Assembly: GCA_963704725.1 (NCBI GenBank) | Contig: OY969934.1 | Span: 1,728,001 to 1,792,000 of the forward strand | Direction of reading: 5' to 3' | Length of the DNA stretch: 64,000 nt | Origin: an uncultured Actinomycetes bacterium | GTDB taxonomy: Bacteria; Actinomycetota; UBA4738; HRBIN12 | Part shown: positions 26,967 through 41,582 of the stretch, in pieces | How positions within the stretch are numbered: the first letter of the stretch is position 1 | Layout of the letters: each line of letters starts with the position of its first letter | Notes under the pieces: model-generated | Databases searched by the model: none | What the model saw: the letters and a program-made list of their open reading frames with translations, nothing else | What the model was told of the DNA's origin: nothing | Made by a program: the position numbers and the translations under genes

Positions 26967-27797
26967 TTATTCGACGAAGGCGTGGAGGTGGTCGAGCACG
27001 GCGCGCGCCAGATCCTCGTCGCCGCCGACGACGAGGCTCCCCTCATCCAGGAACGACGCCGCCTCGTGCCTGCGGCCGGCGACCATGGCGAACGCCAGGC
27101 CCCGACCCTGGACGAACGCGTCCGGCTTGTGGTCCTCGGCGGGCGTCTCACGGGCGGCGAGCCCCCAGTGCCAGCTCCCCTCGCCCACCCCTTCGAGATC
27201 GACCTGGACGCTCCTGCCGGGGAAGGAGAGCCCGGCTCGGCCGAGCGAGTACGGAAGCATGCGGATCGCGAGATCGCTCGTCAGGCACACGGGCCAGTGT
27301 TGGGGGTTCTCCTCGAGGCCCGCGCTCTCGCGGAGGTCCTCGCCGTGGAGCCACCACTCGATGACCCGCGACTGCACGAGGTAGCGGACGCCGATCTCGC
27401 CGGCCACCCAGTCGACCCGCTTCGTTCGCCACTCCTCCTCGTCGAGGCGAGCGCCCAGGGCGAGGAACGCGTCCGCCGCCCGGCCCCAGTCTGCGATGAC
27501 CTGTCGGGCCGGGAGCTCCGCCCGGGTTCGGACCGCCCACTCGTTGAACCCGTTCACCCACAGCTCGCCGTCGTTGGCCTCGCGGAACGCGTCGAGCTCG
27601 ACGGCGGGCTCCCCGGCCACGAGCTGAGCGGCGGCGGTGTCCTGGGCCGCGAGATGCGCGACGAGATCGCGGTTGCGCCATCCCTCGCACACGCTGTCCG
27701 CCTCCCACGTCGCGGCCGGCGCGTACTGGATCGTCCGGCCCAGGCGCGCGCGCTCCGCGTGCGCGATGCCGAGCGTCGTCGTGCGATCAAGGGTCAA
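26967..27797 (-). CDS. Maleylpyruvate isomerase-family (MDMPI/DinB-like) protein
   Basis: CEGWRNRDLVAHL, EWWLHGEDL; TTG start after GAGGGGGA. Confidence 0.85.
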   Translation of the reverse strand: MTLDRTTTLGIAHAERARLGRTIQYAPAATWEADSVCEGWRNRDLVAHLAAQDTAAAQLVAGEPAVELDAFREANDGELWVNGFNEWAVRTRAELPARQVIADWGRAADAFLALGARLDEEEWRTKRVDWVAGEIGVRYLVQSRVIEWWLHGEDLRESAGLEENPQHWPVCLTSDLAIRMLPYSLGRAGLSFPGRSVQVDLEGVGEGSWHWGLAARETPAEDHKPDAFVQGRGLAFAMVAGRRHEAASFLDEGSLVVGGDEDLARAVLDHLHAFVE

Positions 27798-27852
27798 CGT
27801 GGGCGTCCCCCTCGGAGCCGGGTCGCGGCGGATTGTACCCTCGCCGGCTATC

Positions 27853-28359
27853 GTGCCCGCCGTGAGCAAGGCGATCGACCGGTTCCTGCAGGCGGCCCAG
27901 GTCCTGGGACACGAGGTCGAGGTCCGCCGCTTCCCGGAGGGCACGAAGACGGCCAAGGACGCCGCCCGGGCCATCGGCTGCGAGGTCGGTCAGATCGTGA
28001 AGTCCCTCGTCTTCATGGCCGACGACCATCCTGTGCTCGCCCTGACGAGCGGGTCGAACCGGGTCGACGTGGAGGCTCTGGCGATCCTGGCCGGGGTGTC
28101 GAGCGCTCGTCGAGCCGATCCCGAGGAGGCGCGTCTGGCCACCGGGTTCGCGGTCGGCGGGACGCCACCATTCGGCCACCCCGCGCCCGTCCGGACGTTC
28201 CTGGACCGGGATCTGCTGGCTCACGCGGAGATTTGGGCCGCCGCGGGCACACCCGACGCGGTGTTCCGGACGACGCCGGACGAGCTCCTGGGCACGACGA
28301 AGGCCGAGGTCGCGGACCTGAAGGAAATCCGACCGGGGGGATCGGATCTTCCGGGTTGA
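27853..28359 (+). CDS. YbaK/EbsC aminoacyl-tRNA deacylase family
   Basis: QIVKSL, TGFAVGGTPPFG, IWAAAG. Confidence 0.9.
   Translation: MPAVSKAIDRFLQAAQVLGHEVEVRRFPEGTKTAKDAARAIGCEVGQIVKSLVFMADDHPVLALTSGSNRVDVEALAILAGVSSARRADPEEARLATGFAVGGTPPFGHPAPVRTFLDRDLLAHAEIWAAAGTPDAVFRTTPDELLGTTKAEVADLKEIRPGGSDLPG
28325..28349. promoter_or_regulatory. Putative Rrf2/IscR-like operator, copy 4 (erpA)
   Basis: AAATCCGAC-CGGGGGG-ATCGGATCT, about 50 bp upstream of erpA. Confidence 0.6.
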
Positions 28360-28399
28360 GCTGCTACGATCGACGGGTACTGCCCCGGACGGAGGGACG

Positions 28400-28720
28400 A
28401 TGATCCAGCTCTCGGAGAACGCCGCCGGCAAGGTGAAGGACCTGCTCGCCGAGGAGGGCCGCGCCGACATCGCACTGCGGGTCGCCGTCCAGCCGGGCGG
28501 CTGCTCCGGTCTCCGGTACGCGATGTACCTCGACGACCAGCTCACGGAGAAGGACGTCGCCGAGGAGCAGTTCGGCGTCCGGATCGTGGTGGACCGCATG
28601 AGCATGCCGTACCTGTCCGAGGCGAAGGTCGACTTCGTGGACAGCCTGGAGGCCTCCGGCTTCACGATCGACAACCCGGTCGCGCAGGGCTCCTGCGCCT
28701 GCGGCCACTCCTTCCACTGA
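28400..28720 (+). CDS. erpA: A-type Fe-S carrier ErpA/IscA (HesB)
   Basis: GGCSG, NP, CACGHSF. Confidence 0.95.
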   Translation: MIQLSENAAGKVKDLLAEEGRADIALRVAVQPGGCSGLRYAMYLDDQLTEKDVAEEQFGVRIVVDRMSMPYLSEAKVDFVDSLEASGFTIDNPVAQGSCACGHSFH

Positions 28721-28753
28721 GCTCCGGGCTAATCCGAAACCGGACGGCCTGAG

Positions 28754-32377
<3,624 letters not shown>

Positions 32378-32474
32378 GCCGAAACGCTACCGGCCGCGAT
32401 CGGACCTGACCAGGGCTTCGCCCGCCCAGTCGGTGGGGTAGGCTGCGGCGGTGCCGCGAACGGACGGAGGACAG

Positions 32475-33002
32475 ATGGCCAAGGACGTGTTCAACGCCCT
32501 CTCTGGGGCCGTCCCGCGATCCATCGCGATGCCGGGGATGACCGAACGTGTGCCGGCGACCGGACACCGGACCGACCAGCCGCTGGGACGTCGCGGCACC
32601 GACCTCCTGGGGCAGGTCCCGCTGTTCGCCGGTCTGTCCAAGCGCCACCTCCGCCAGATCGCGGAGCACGCCGACGTCGTGGGCTTCCGCGAGCGCGAGG
32701 CGATCGTGGAGGCCGATCAGCCGGGCGGAACGTTCTACGTGATCCTGGAGGGCGCCGCGAAGGTGACGCGCCGGGGGCGGACGATCGGCCGGCTCGAGCC
32801 GGGTGACTTCTTCGGCGAGATCTCGCTCCTCGACGGCGGACCCAGGACGGCGTCGGTGGTGGCGGAGACGCCGGTCAGGGCGATCCGCATCTTCAAGCGC
32901 TCCTTCGACCGGGTGGTGTCCGAGGAGCCGAGCGTGGCGACGAAGATCCTCCAGGTCGTGGCGCGCCGGCTCCGCGACGCGGAGCCCTCGATCAGCAGCT
33001 GA
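32475..33002 (+). CDS. Cyclic-nucleotide-binding domain protein
   Basis: FYVILEG, FFGEISLLDGGPRTASV; GGAGG before ATG 32475 (alternative start 32538). Confidence 0.88.
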   Translation: MAKDVFNALSGAVPRSIAMPGMTERVPATGHRTDQPLGRRGTDLLGQVPLFAGLSKRHLRQIAEHADVVGFREREAIVEADQPGGTFYVILEGAAKVTRRGRTIGRLEPGDFFGEISLLDGGPRTASVVAETPVRAIRIFKRSFDRVVSEEPSVATKILQVVARRLRDAEPSISS

Positions 33003-33490
33003 TGCTCGCGATCGACCTGCGCTGGTGGAAGCTCCTGCACATCCTCGGCGTGCTGGGCTTCGTGCTGTTCCACGGTGTGTCGATCCTGGTGGCCTTCCGG
33101 CTGCGCAAGGAGCGGGACCGCGCGCGCATCGAGGGCCTGCTGCAGTTCTCGGGAACCGCCGTGCAGGGGATGTACCTCTCGCTGCTGGCGTTGATCGTGT
33201 TCGGGGTCATCGCCGGGTTCGCCGAGCACGTCTGGGGCTTCTGGTGGATCTGGATCGCCATCGGACTGCTCGTCGTCACCATCGCGGAGATGATGGTGGT
33301 CGCCCGTCCCTACTACGAGCGGGTGAAGGAGGCGATCCAGCTCCGCCCGTCGGGTGTTCCGCGAAGGAGCGACGAGGACCTCGACGAGATGCTCCGCTCG
33401 CGGGTGGCCCTGTTCAACGCCGCGTGGGGGATCGGTGCGCTCGTCCTCATCGCGGTGCTGATGGTCTGGAAGCCGACCTGGCACCTGTGA
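33002..33490 (+). CDS. Integral membrane protein (DUF2269-like)
   Basis: KLLH, four hydrophobic segments, LMVWKP terminus. Confidence 0.75.
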   Translation: MLAIDLRWWKLLHILGVLGFVLFHGVSILVAFRLRKERDRARIEGLLQFSGTAVQGMYLSLLALIVFGVIAGFAEHVWGFWWIWIAIGLLVVTIAEMMVVARPYYERVKEAIQLRPSGVPRRSDEDLDEMLRSRVALFNAAWGIGALVLIAVLMVWKPTWHL

Positions 33491-33508
33491 GCCGGGGCGG
33501 GCGGCCGG

Positions 33509-34531
33509 TCAGAGATCGGTCGGCGCGAGGGGTCGCTCCGCGGGGCCGTTGACCACCTCGCCGGTGGGCGCATACCGCGAGCCGTGGCAGGGACAGTCCC
33601 ACGTCCGCTCCGCGGCGTTCCACCTCACCGTGCAGCCCATGTGGGTGCACCGGGCCGAGACGGCGGTGACCTTGCCTCGCTCGTCCCGGTACACGGCCAC
33701 CTTGTGGTCCCCGGTCTCGACGATCCCGCCCTCGCCGGGTTGGATCTCCGACAGGTTCTGGGCGATCGTCCGGGCCACGAGGACGTCGCACGTGGCGTAC
33801 TCGGCAACGTCTCGGGGGACCGAGCCGAGTACGGCGGCCCGCGCCCCCGCCATCCCTCGGTTGCCGACGACCACGAGGTCGAAGCCCTCCTGGTCCGCCG
33901 TGGCCACGATCTGGTCGGCTGCATCGCCCTCCAGGATCACCAGGCCGACCGGGGCGCCCTCGCCGATCGTGGCCGCCGTGTCGCCGAGCACGAGCTCCCC
34001 GGTCTTGGGGTGCCCCACGAACAGCAGCGTCATGGAGGCCTCGAGACGGGCGGCGAGCGCGTAGGCCTTGCGCGCCGCCCGATCGGCGGTGGCGGACCCG
34101 TCGGTCGCGAGCAGGATCCGCCGGTACGGCGGCATCCCGTGCGGCCGGTCGGACTCGTCGCGGGCCCGGGTGAGCAGGACGTCGCACGGCGCGTGGGTCG
34201 TGATCTTCCGCACGACGCTGCCGATGAGCTGCTCCTCCTTGTACAGGCCGCGGCTGCCCGTGACGATCACCTCGGCGTCGCGCTCCTCGGCGGCGCGGAT
34301 GACGGCCTCGGCGGGCTCGTCGGCCGAGAGCACCACCTCGGTCTTCACGCCCTCGCGCTCGGCGATCCGCAGGGCCCGGGCCACGGCTGCATCCGCCTTC
34401 GCCGGGTCGGTGTACGCATGCACGACGGCCAGCGCGCCCTTGGTGGCGGCCGCCAGGCTCGCGGCGACGTGCTCGGCCGTCTCCGCCGTAGGCGAGCCGT
34501 CGGTGGCCAGGACGATGCGTCGGTACGCCAT
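33509..34531 (-). CDS. Tandem universal stress protein domains fused to a Rieske [2Fe-2S] domain
   Basis: Two YRRI.LATDGS...G.RG...GSV...CDVL repeats; CTHMGC...WDCPCHGSRY. Confidence 0.9.
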   Translation of the reverse strand: MAYRRIVLATDGSPTAETAEHVAASLAAATKGALAVVHAYTDPAKADAAVARALRIAEREGVKTEVVLSADEPAEAVIRAAEERDAEVIVTGSRGLYKEEQLIGSVVRKITTHAPCDVLLTRARDESDRPHGMPPYRRILLATDGSATADRAARKAYALAARLEASMTLLFVGHPKTGELVLGDTAATIGEGAPVGLVILEGDAADQIVATADQEGFDLVVVGNRGMAGARAAVLGSVPRDVAEYATCDVLVARTIAQNLSEIQPGEGGIVETGDHKVAVYRDERGKVTAVSARCTHMGCTVRWNAAERTWDCPCHGSRYAPTGEVVNGPAERPLAPTDL

Positions 34532-34564
34532 GCGGGCGGTCCTTTCCGAGAGGTGCGAGCCCCG

Positions 34565-35506
34565 CTACGAGGGTTCGGGGCGGGGGGAGACTATCGCGTC
34601 GAGCTCGGCGAGCGTCGCGGCGTCGAGGTCGAGGTCGCCCGCCGCGGCGTTCGCCCGGACGTGGCCGCCGTCGCGGCTGCCCGCGATCGCCGTCGTGACC
34701 CCCGGCTGGTGCGTGGTCCAGGCCAGGGCGAGCTGGGCCAGGGAGACCTCGAGGCGCTCGGCGATGGGGCGGAGCGCGTCCACCACGGCGAGGTTCGCCT
34801 CGCGTGTGCCCGGCGAGAAGAGTCCGTCGCGGCCCCCCCGATGGTCGCCGGGTGCGAACGTCGTGTCGGCCCCGATCGAGCCGGTGAGCAGCCCGTACGC
34901 GAGAGGGCCGTACGCCAGCACGCCGGTTCCCCGGTCCCCGCACCACCGGATCAGCTCGCGGTCGTGAAGGACCAGCATCGAGAACTCCTGCTGGAGCGAG
35001 TCGACGTGTCGCCCAGCCTCGCAGCGCTCGATGAGGGCCTGGTCGAAGTTGGAGACGCCGACGAATCGGACCAGACCCTCGTCCACGAGATCCACCATCG
35101 CGCCCCAGGTGTCCTCGACGGGCACGCCGGTCTCGTCGGGCCAGTGGAGCTGGTAGAGGTCCACGTGGTCGATGCCGAGGCGCCCCAGGCTCCCCGTGCA
35201 CGCCCGGCGGACCTCCTCGGGCCGGAACCCGGATCCTTCGGGCCGAGGGCCGACCTTCGTGGCGATCAGCACGTCGTCCCGGCGGCCGGCGATGGCTCGA
35301 CCGACGAGCTTCTCCGAACGCCCGGAGCCGTAGACCTCGGCGGTGTCGATCCAGTCCATGCCCGAGTCCAGGGCGGCCCGCATGGCCTCCAGGATCTGCT
35401 CGTCGGGGGGCGCCTCGCCCCATTCGGCCCCGCCGCCGGCCTCCCACGCCCCGAACCCGACCACCGACAGCTCCGGCCCCTGCGAGCCGAGGCGCCTCGT
35501 CCTCAT
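34565..35506 (-). CDS. Aldo/keto reductase
   Basis: IDTAEVYG, ATK, DLYQLHWP, GVSNF. Confidence 0.93.
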   Translation of the reverse strand: MRTRRLGSQGPELSVVGFGAWEAGGGAEWGEAPPDEQILEAMRAALDSGMDWIDTAEVYGSGRSEKLVGRAIAGRRDDVLIATKVGPRPEGSGFRPEEVRRACTGSLGRLGIDHVDLYQLHWPDETGVPVEDTWGAMVDLVDEGLVRFVGVSNFDQALIERCEAGRHVDSLQQEFSMLVLHDRELIRWCGDRGTGVLAYGPLAYGLLTGSIGADTTFAPGDHRGGRDGLFSPGTREANLAVVDALRPIAERLEVSLAQLALAWTTHQPGVTTAIAGSRDGGHVRANAAAGDLDLDAATLAELDAIVSPRPEPS

Positions 35507-35661
35507 CGTGCCGCTCCTTCCGCCCGAGGCGTCCACGGACGGTGCGGCCCGCGCCGCCGCGAGCTCCGCCCGGTTCGCCGGTGCGCGGTAGGCTAGTTGA
35601 GGAACGCGGTGGGTGACCGAATCACGCTGAAGGAGGCGTGCCGGGCCGTGCCCGGCGACCG

Positions 35662-37499
35662 ATGACCAAGCAGGTCGAGGAGAAGCAGCGCGTCGTCATC
35701 CGGTTCGCCGGGGACTCGGGTGACGGGATGCAGTTGACCGGCGACCGGTTCACGAACGCGACCGCCGTCCTCGGGAACGACCTCGCGACCATGCCGGACT
35801 TCCCCGCGGAGATCCGGGCGCCGGCGGGCACCGTCCACGGCGTCTCGGCCTTCCAGATCCAGTTCGCGTCGACCGACATCCTCACGCCGGGCGATCACCC
35901 GAGCGTGCTCGTGGCGATGAACCCCGCGGCCCTGAAGGCGGAGCTGTCCTCGGTGGAGAAGGGCGGCACGATCATCGTCAACGAGGACGCCTTCACGGAC
36001 CGCAACCTGCAGAAGGCGGGCTACGCGGCGGACCCCACGGGCGACGGGACGCTCGACGGCTATCAGATCTTCAAGGTCCCGATGACCTCGATCACGGTCC
36101 GCGCCGTCGAGGAGCTCGGGATCTCGCGCAAGGAGGCCGAGCGCTCGAAGAACATGTTCGCGCTCGGGCTGCTCTCGTGGATGTTCGGGCGGCCCACCGA
36201 GGTCACGCTCAACTGGCTCCAGAAGAAGTTCGGCGACAAGCCGCAGGTGTTCGACGCCAACGTCGCGGCCTTCAAGGCCGGCTACAACTTCGGCGAGACC
36301 ACCGAGCTGTTCGCGACGTCGTACATGGTCAAGCCGGCGCCGGCCATGCCCGGAACGTACCGGAACATCACCGGCGCCACCGCGCTGGCATGGGGGCTCG
36401 TGGCGGCGGCCGAGCGGAGCGGCCTCCGTCTGTTCTACGCCAGCTATCCCATCACGCCGGCGTCCGAGCTCCTGCACGAGCTCTCGCGGTTGAAGAACTT
36501 CGGCGTGATCACGCTCCAGGCGGAGGACGAGATCGCGGCGGCCAACGTCGCGCTCGGCGCCTCCTTCGCGGGCGACCTCGGCGTGACGGGGACGAGCGGC
36601 CCGGGCATGGACCTGAAGGCCGAGACCCTGGGGCTCGCCGTGATCCTCGAGCTCCCCATGGTGATCGTCGACGTGCAGCGGGCCGGTCCCTCGACGGGGA
36701 TGCCCACCAAGACCGAGCAGGGCGACCTGCTGCTGTCGATGTTCGGCCGCCACGGCGAGTCGCCGATGCCGGTCGTGGCGGCGCGGTCGCCCGGGCACTG
36801 CTTCGACGCGGCGCTCGAGGCGGCTCGGATCGCCGTGACGTACCGGACGCCGGTGATCCTGCTCTCGGACACGTTCCTGGCGAACTCGTCCGAGCCGTGG
36901 GCGATCCCCGACGTGGACACGCTCCCTACGATCGACCCGAACTTCGCGAGCGGCCCGAACGCCGGCCAGGAGTTCCTGCCGTACCTGCGGGACGAGCATC
37001 TCGCGCGGCCCTGGGCCGTCCCCGGAACGAAGGGGCTCCGGCACCGGATCGGCGGGCTCGAGAAGGAGGACGGGACGGGCGACATCAGCTACGACCCGGA
37101 CAACCACGAGCACATGACGCACCTGCGGGCGGCGAAGGTGGCCATGGTGGCGGAGGGCGTGCCGCCGCTCGAGGTGGACGACCCCGACGGCGACGCCGAG
37201 CTCCTCGTGATCGGCTGGGGCTCGACGTACGGGACGATCCGAGCCGCCGCGCGGCGGGTTCGAGACGCCGGCCGGACGGTCGCCACGGTGCACCTCATGC
37301 ACCTCAACCCCTTCCCCTCGAACATGGAGGAGGTCATCCGCCGGTACCCGAAGGTGCTGATCCCGGAGCTGAATCTCGGCCAGCTGGCGCTCCTGATCCG
37401 CGGACGCTTCCTGGTGGACGCGCGGAGCCTCACGAAGGTGCAGGGGCAGCCGATCTTCGCCGAGGAACTGGAGACCGAGATCCTGAAGGTGATGGACGA

Positions 37500-37503
<4 letters not shown>
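35662..37503 (+). CDS. korA: 2-oxoacid:ferredoxin oxidoreductase alpha subunit
   Basis: FAGDSGDG, YPITP, QAEDEIAA, TSGPG, QRAGPSTG. Confidence 0.95.
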
Positions 37504-38549
<1,046 letters not shown>

Positions 38550-38550
38550 G

Positions 38551-39735
38551 CTAGGAGGACCCCGCCGCCCCGTGCCGGGCCATCGCGGCCTCGGCCACCG
38601 ACCCCACCTCTCGGAGCTCGTGGACGAGCGGGGGCAGCATCTCGAGGAGGCGGTCGACGTCGGCGTCGGTCGTCTCCGGACCGACCCCGATCCGGAAGCT
38701 CGCCGTCCCCGGGTGGCCCAGGTGCTCGAGCACGGGTGAGGGATCGCCGGGGGCCCCGGAGCAGGTGGATCCGGCGGCCACGCGGAACCCGCGGTCGTCG
38801 AGCGCCATGCTGAGGATCTCGGCGTCGAGGTCCGGGACGGAGAAGCACACGAGGTGCGGGACCCGCTGCGTGGGATGGCCGTGCACCTGCGCGTGGGGGA
38901 CCCGCTCCACGATCTCGCGCCGGATGCGCTCGGTCACGGACCACTGCCGGGCGGCCTGATCGGCCATGTCCTCCAGGCGCGCCCCCAGGGCCGCCGCCAT
39001 CGCCGCGACCCCGGGCACGTTCTCCATGCCCGATCGGCGGCGCCGCTCTCGGTCGTCCCCGCACGGGTAGGCCGCGACGGGAACACCTCTGCGCACGTAC
39101 AGGGCTCCCACCCCCGCCGGGCCGCCGAACTTGTGCCCGGACAGCGACAGGAGGTCGACGTCGAGCGTGTGGACGTCGACCGGAAGCCGTCCCACCGTCT
39201 GGCAGGCGTCGGTGTGGAACAGGACGCGCGCCTCGCGGCACAGCAGGGCGGCCTCGGCGATCTGTTGGATCGTGCCGACCTCGTGGTTGGCGTGCTGGAC
39301 GGACGCGAGGAGGGTGCCGGGCCGGCGCACCTCGGTCGCGAACCGGTCGAGGTCGATGCGGCCGTCGCCGTCCACCTCGACCAGCGCCGATTGGAACCCG
39401 TCCGTCTCGAGCGTGTGGAGGACGCCTCCTACGGCCGGGTGTTCGACGGTCGACGTCACGATGCGGCGGCCGATCTCCCGAACGGGCCGAACACCGCCCC
39501 AGATGGCGAGGGCGACGGCCTCCGTCCCTCCGCTCGTGAAGACGATCTCGTCGGGCTGGGCCCGGATGGCCTCGGCGATCTGGGCTCGGGCCTCGTCCAG
39601 GAGGCGCCGGGCAGCCATGCCGTTGCGGTGCAGACGGAGCGGGTCGCCGAATTCGTCGAGCGCGGCGACGAGGGCGGCGCGGGCGCGGGGGTCGAGCGGC
39701 GTCGCGGACGCGTGATCGAGATACGTCTCGTGCAT
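38551..39735 (-). CDS. IscS/NifS-like cysteine desulfurase
   Basis: YLDHASATP, FTSGGTE, SGHKFGGP, GSTCS. Confidence 0.9.
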   Translation of the reverse strand: MHETYLDHASATPLDPRARAALVAALDEFGDPLRLHRNGMAARRLLDEARAQIAEAIRAQPDEIVFTSGGTEAVALAIWGGVRPVREIGRRIVTSTVEHPAVGGVLHTLETDGFQSALVEVDGDGRIDLDRFATEVRRPGTLLASVQHANHEVGTIQQIAEAALLCREARVLFHTDACQTVGRLPVDVHTLDVDLLSLSGHKFGGPAGVGALYVRRGVPVAAYPCGDDRERRRRSGMENVPGVAAMAAALGARLEDMADQAARQWSVTERIRREIVERVPHAQVHGHPTQRVPHLVCFSVPDLDAEILSMALDDRGFRVAAGSTCSGAPGDPSPVLEHLGHPGTASFRIGVGPETTDADVDRLLEMLPPLVHELREVGSVAEAAMARHGAAGSS

Positions 39736-39793
39736 CGACGGAGTCTCCGGTCCTCGGAAGGCCGCTCCATGATAGGAGCGTCAGTCGCGAGCG

Positions 39794-40480
39794 CTAGGGC
39801 GTCGGCGGCGGGCGGTCGCGCAGGAAGACGGTCGCGTACAGGACCGCCGCGATGGTCGCGCCGGCCGCCGGGCCCACGATCCAGACGTACCAGTCGGACC
39901 ACGTGCCGCTCGCGAGCGCCGGCCCCACCCACCTCGCCGGGTTGAGCGCCGCCCCGGTGAACGGGCCGAATGCCAGGATCGCGACGGCGAGGGTCAGCCC
40001 CGCGGCCACGGCGCCGAAGCCCCGGGGGCCGTGCGGCTCGACCACGGCCGCGAAGACCGCGAACACCAGCAGGAAGGAGCACGTCGCCTCGATCACGATG
40101 GCCTTGCCCGTGGCGAGGCCGGAGGCGATGGCCGGCGTGCCGCCCGCCGCCGCGTCGAACGCGGTCCCCGGCACGAGGTAGCGGAGCAGGAGCCCGGCGA
40201 GCACGGCGCCCACGACCTGGGCCACGATCGCGGACACGGTGCGTGCCGTGGTCCGATGGCCGACGACCCACAGCGACACGGCGATCGCCGGGTTGAGCAT
40301 CCCGCCTTCGAGATGCGCCGTGATCGACAGCATCACCGCGAACACGAGCCCGCTCGCGAGCGCGACGCCCGTCAGGTCGAGGCCGAACCCCGACGTGATC
40401 GCCGCACCCGCGCCGATGAACACGAGCGCGAACGTCCCCACCAGCTCGGCGACGGCCGCCTTCGTCGTTTCCACGCGCAC
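39794..40480 (-). CDS. Aquaporin/MIP channel
   Basis: AELVGTF and two NPA motifs (LNPA, LNPAR). Confidence 0.9.
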   Translation of the reverse strand: MRVETTKAAVAELVGTFALVFIGAGAAITSGFGLDLTGVALASGLVFAVMLSITAHLEGGMLNPAIAVSLWVVGHRTTARTVSAIVAQVVGAVLAGLLLRYLVPGTAFDAAAGGTPAIASGLATGKAIVIEATCSFLLVFAVFAAVVEPHGPRGFGAVAAGLTLAVAILAFGPFTGAALNPARWVGPALASGTWSDWYVWIVGPAAGATIAAVLYATVFLRDRPPPTP

Positions 40481-40577
40481 CCTCCGATCCTCCGACGAGG
40501 CACTGTGAGCGGTCGGACGATAGCCGAGCGCCGCCCGACGTCAAAGCCGCTCGGGGGTCGTTGGTAGTATCCGGCGG

Positions 40578-40973
40578 GTGAAGGTCCTGCTCATGGCCCC
40601 CGACCCCGCCTCGCGAGCGCTCATGCGCATCGTCGTGCGGAGCATCGAGCGGACCGCCGGCTCCCCTCTGGTGTTCCTGGAGGCCGCCGACGGGTCCGAG
40701 GGCGTCCGGATCGGCCTGCGGGAGCGTCCGGACGCGATCGTGGCCGACGAGATCGCCTCGCGCGAAGGGGCCTTCTCGCTGGCCCGGACGCTGCGCGGGG
40801 ATCCCGATCCCTTCACCGGCGCCATCGTGATCCTGCTGGAGCGCAAGCAGGACGCGTGGCTGGCACGCTGGTCGGGAGCCGACGCGTGGTTCGTGAAGCC
40901 GGTCGACCCGTTCGAGCTCGCCGGCCGGCTGCTGGAGCTGGTGGAGGCCCCGACACAGAGGGAGAGCGCGTGA
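40578..40973 (+). CDS. Stand-alone receiver-domain protein (actinobacterial type)
   Basis: IVAD, QDAWLARWSGADA..VKPVDPFEL. Confidence 0.82.
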   Translation: MKVLLMAPDPASRALMRIVVRSIERTAGSPLVFLEAADGSEGVRIGLRERPDAIVADEIASREGAFSLARTLRGDPDPFTGAIVILLERKQDAWLARWSGADAWFVKPVDPFELAGRLLELVEAPTQRESA

Positions 40974-41260
40974 AGATCAAGGGAACGTGCCGGAGGTGCG
41001 GCCGGGAGTTCCTGGTCGAGCAGGTGCTGGAGAACGGCGGGGTCTGCCCGTGGGACGGCAAGCCATTCCAGCCGGACTACGCGGTCGTGCTCGTCGACAT
41101 GCTCCGCGACGCGGAGAGCGCCGGAAGCACCCTGGAGAACGCGCTGGAGAAGGTGGCCGACCTCGAACCCGAGTTCGTCCTTCACCCGGACACGGTGCTC
41201 GACCGGCAGCGCGAGCACCTCGAGCGCCTGGAGCGGACCCACGGCCAGCACCGCGGCTGA
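40970..41260 (+). CDS. Hypothetical protein, CxxC...CPW motif
   Basis: GTGA overlap; MKIKGTCRRCGREF...CPWDG. Confidence 0.75.
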   Translation: MKIKGTCRRCGREFLVEQVLENGGVCPWDGKPFQPDYAVVLVDMLRDAESAGSTLENALEKVADLEPEFVLHPDTVLDRQREHLERLERTHGQHRG

Positions 41261-41468
41261 GGCGCCCAACCGATTCGGCGTCGCCATCCGCCGCGACGGG
41301 GATGGCTGGCTCGTGACGATCGTCGATCCCGCCGGTCGCGAGGTCTCCTCCCGCGCCTGCGGCGACGAGACGGAGGCCACGACCTACGCGTCGACGGTCC
41401 GCCAGCACGTGACGTGGCTGTCCGAGGGCAAGTTCCGGGAGTACTACCGGCTGCCCGAGGAGGGGTGA
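41241..41468 (+). CDS. Hypothetical protein, start codon uncertain (ACG 41241 or GTG 41313)
   Basis: Open frame TASTAAEAPNRFGVAIRRDGDGWLVTIVD...FREYYRLPEEG; overlaps both neighbours. Confidence 0.5.
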   Translation, partial: TASTAAEAPNRFGVAIRRDGDGWLVTIVDPAGREVSSRACGDETEATTYASTVRQHVTWLSEGKFREYYRLPEEG

Positions 41469-41578
41469 CGGTGGGGTTCAACGCGATGCAGCCGGGGCGG
41501 ATCAAGCGGGGAGACCTGCTCTATCTCGTCGCGGCCGCCGTGGTGATCGTGGGCCTCGTCGTGTGGGCCCTGCGGTAG
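41465..41578 (+). CDS. Small single-TM protein (37 aa)
   Basis: GAGGAGG + GTGA overlap; ...GDLLYLVAAAVVIVGLVVWALR. Confidence 0.55.
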   Translation: MTVGFNAMQPGRIKRGDLLYLVAAAVVIVGLVVWALR

Positions 41579-41582
41579 CGGG

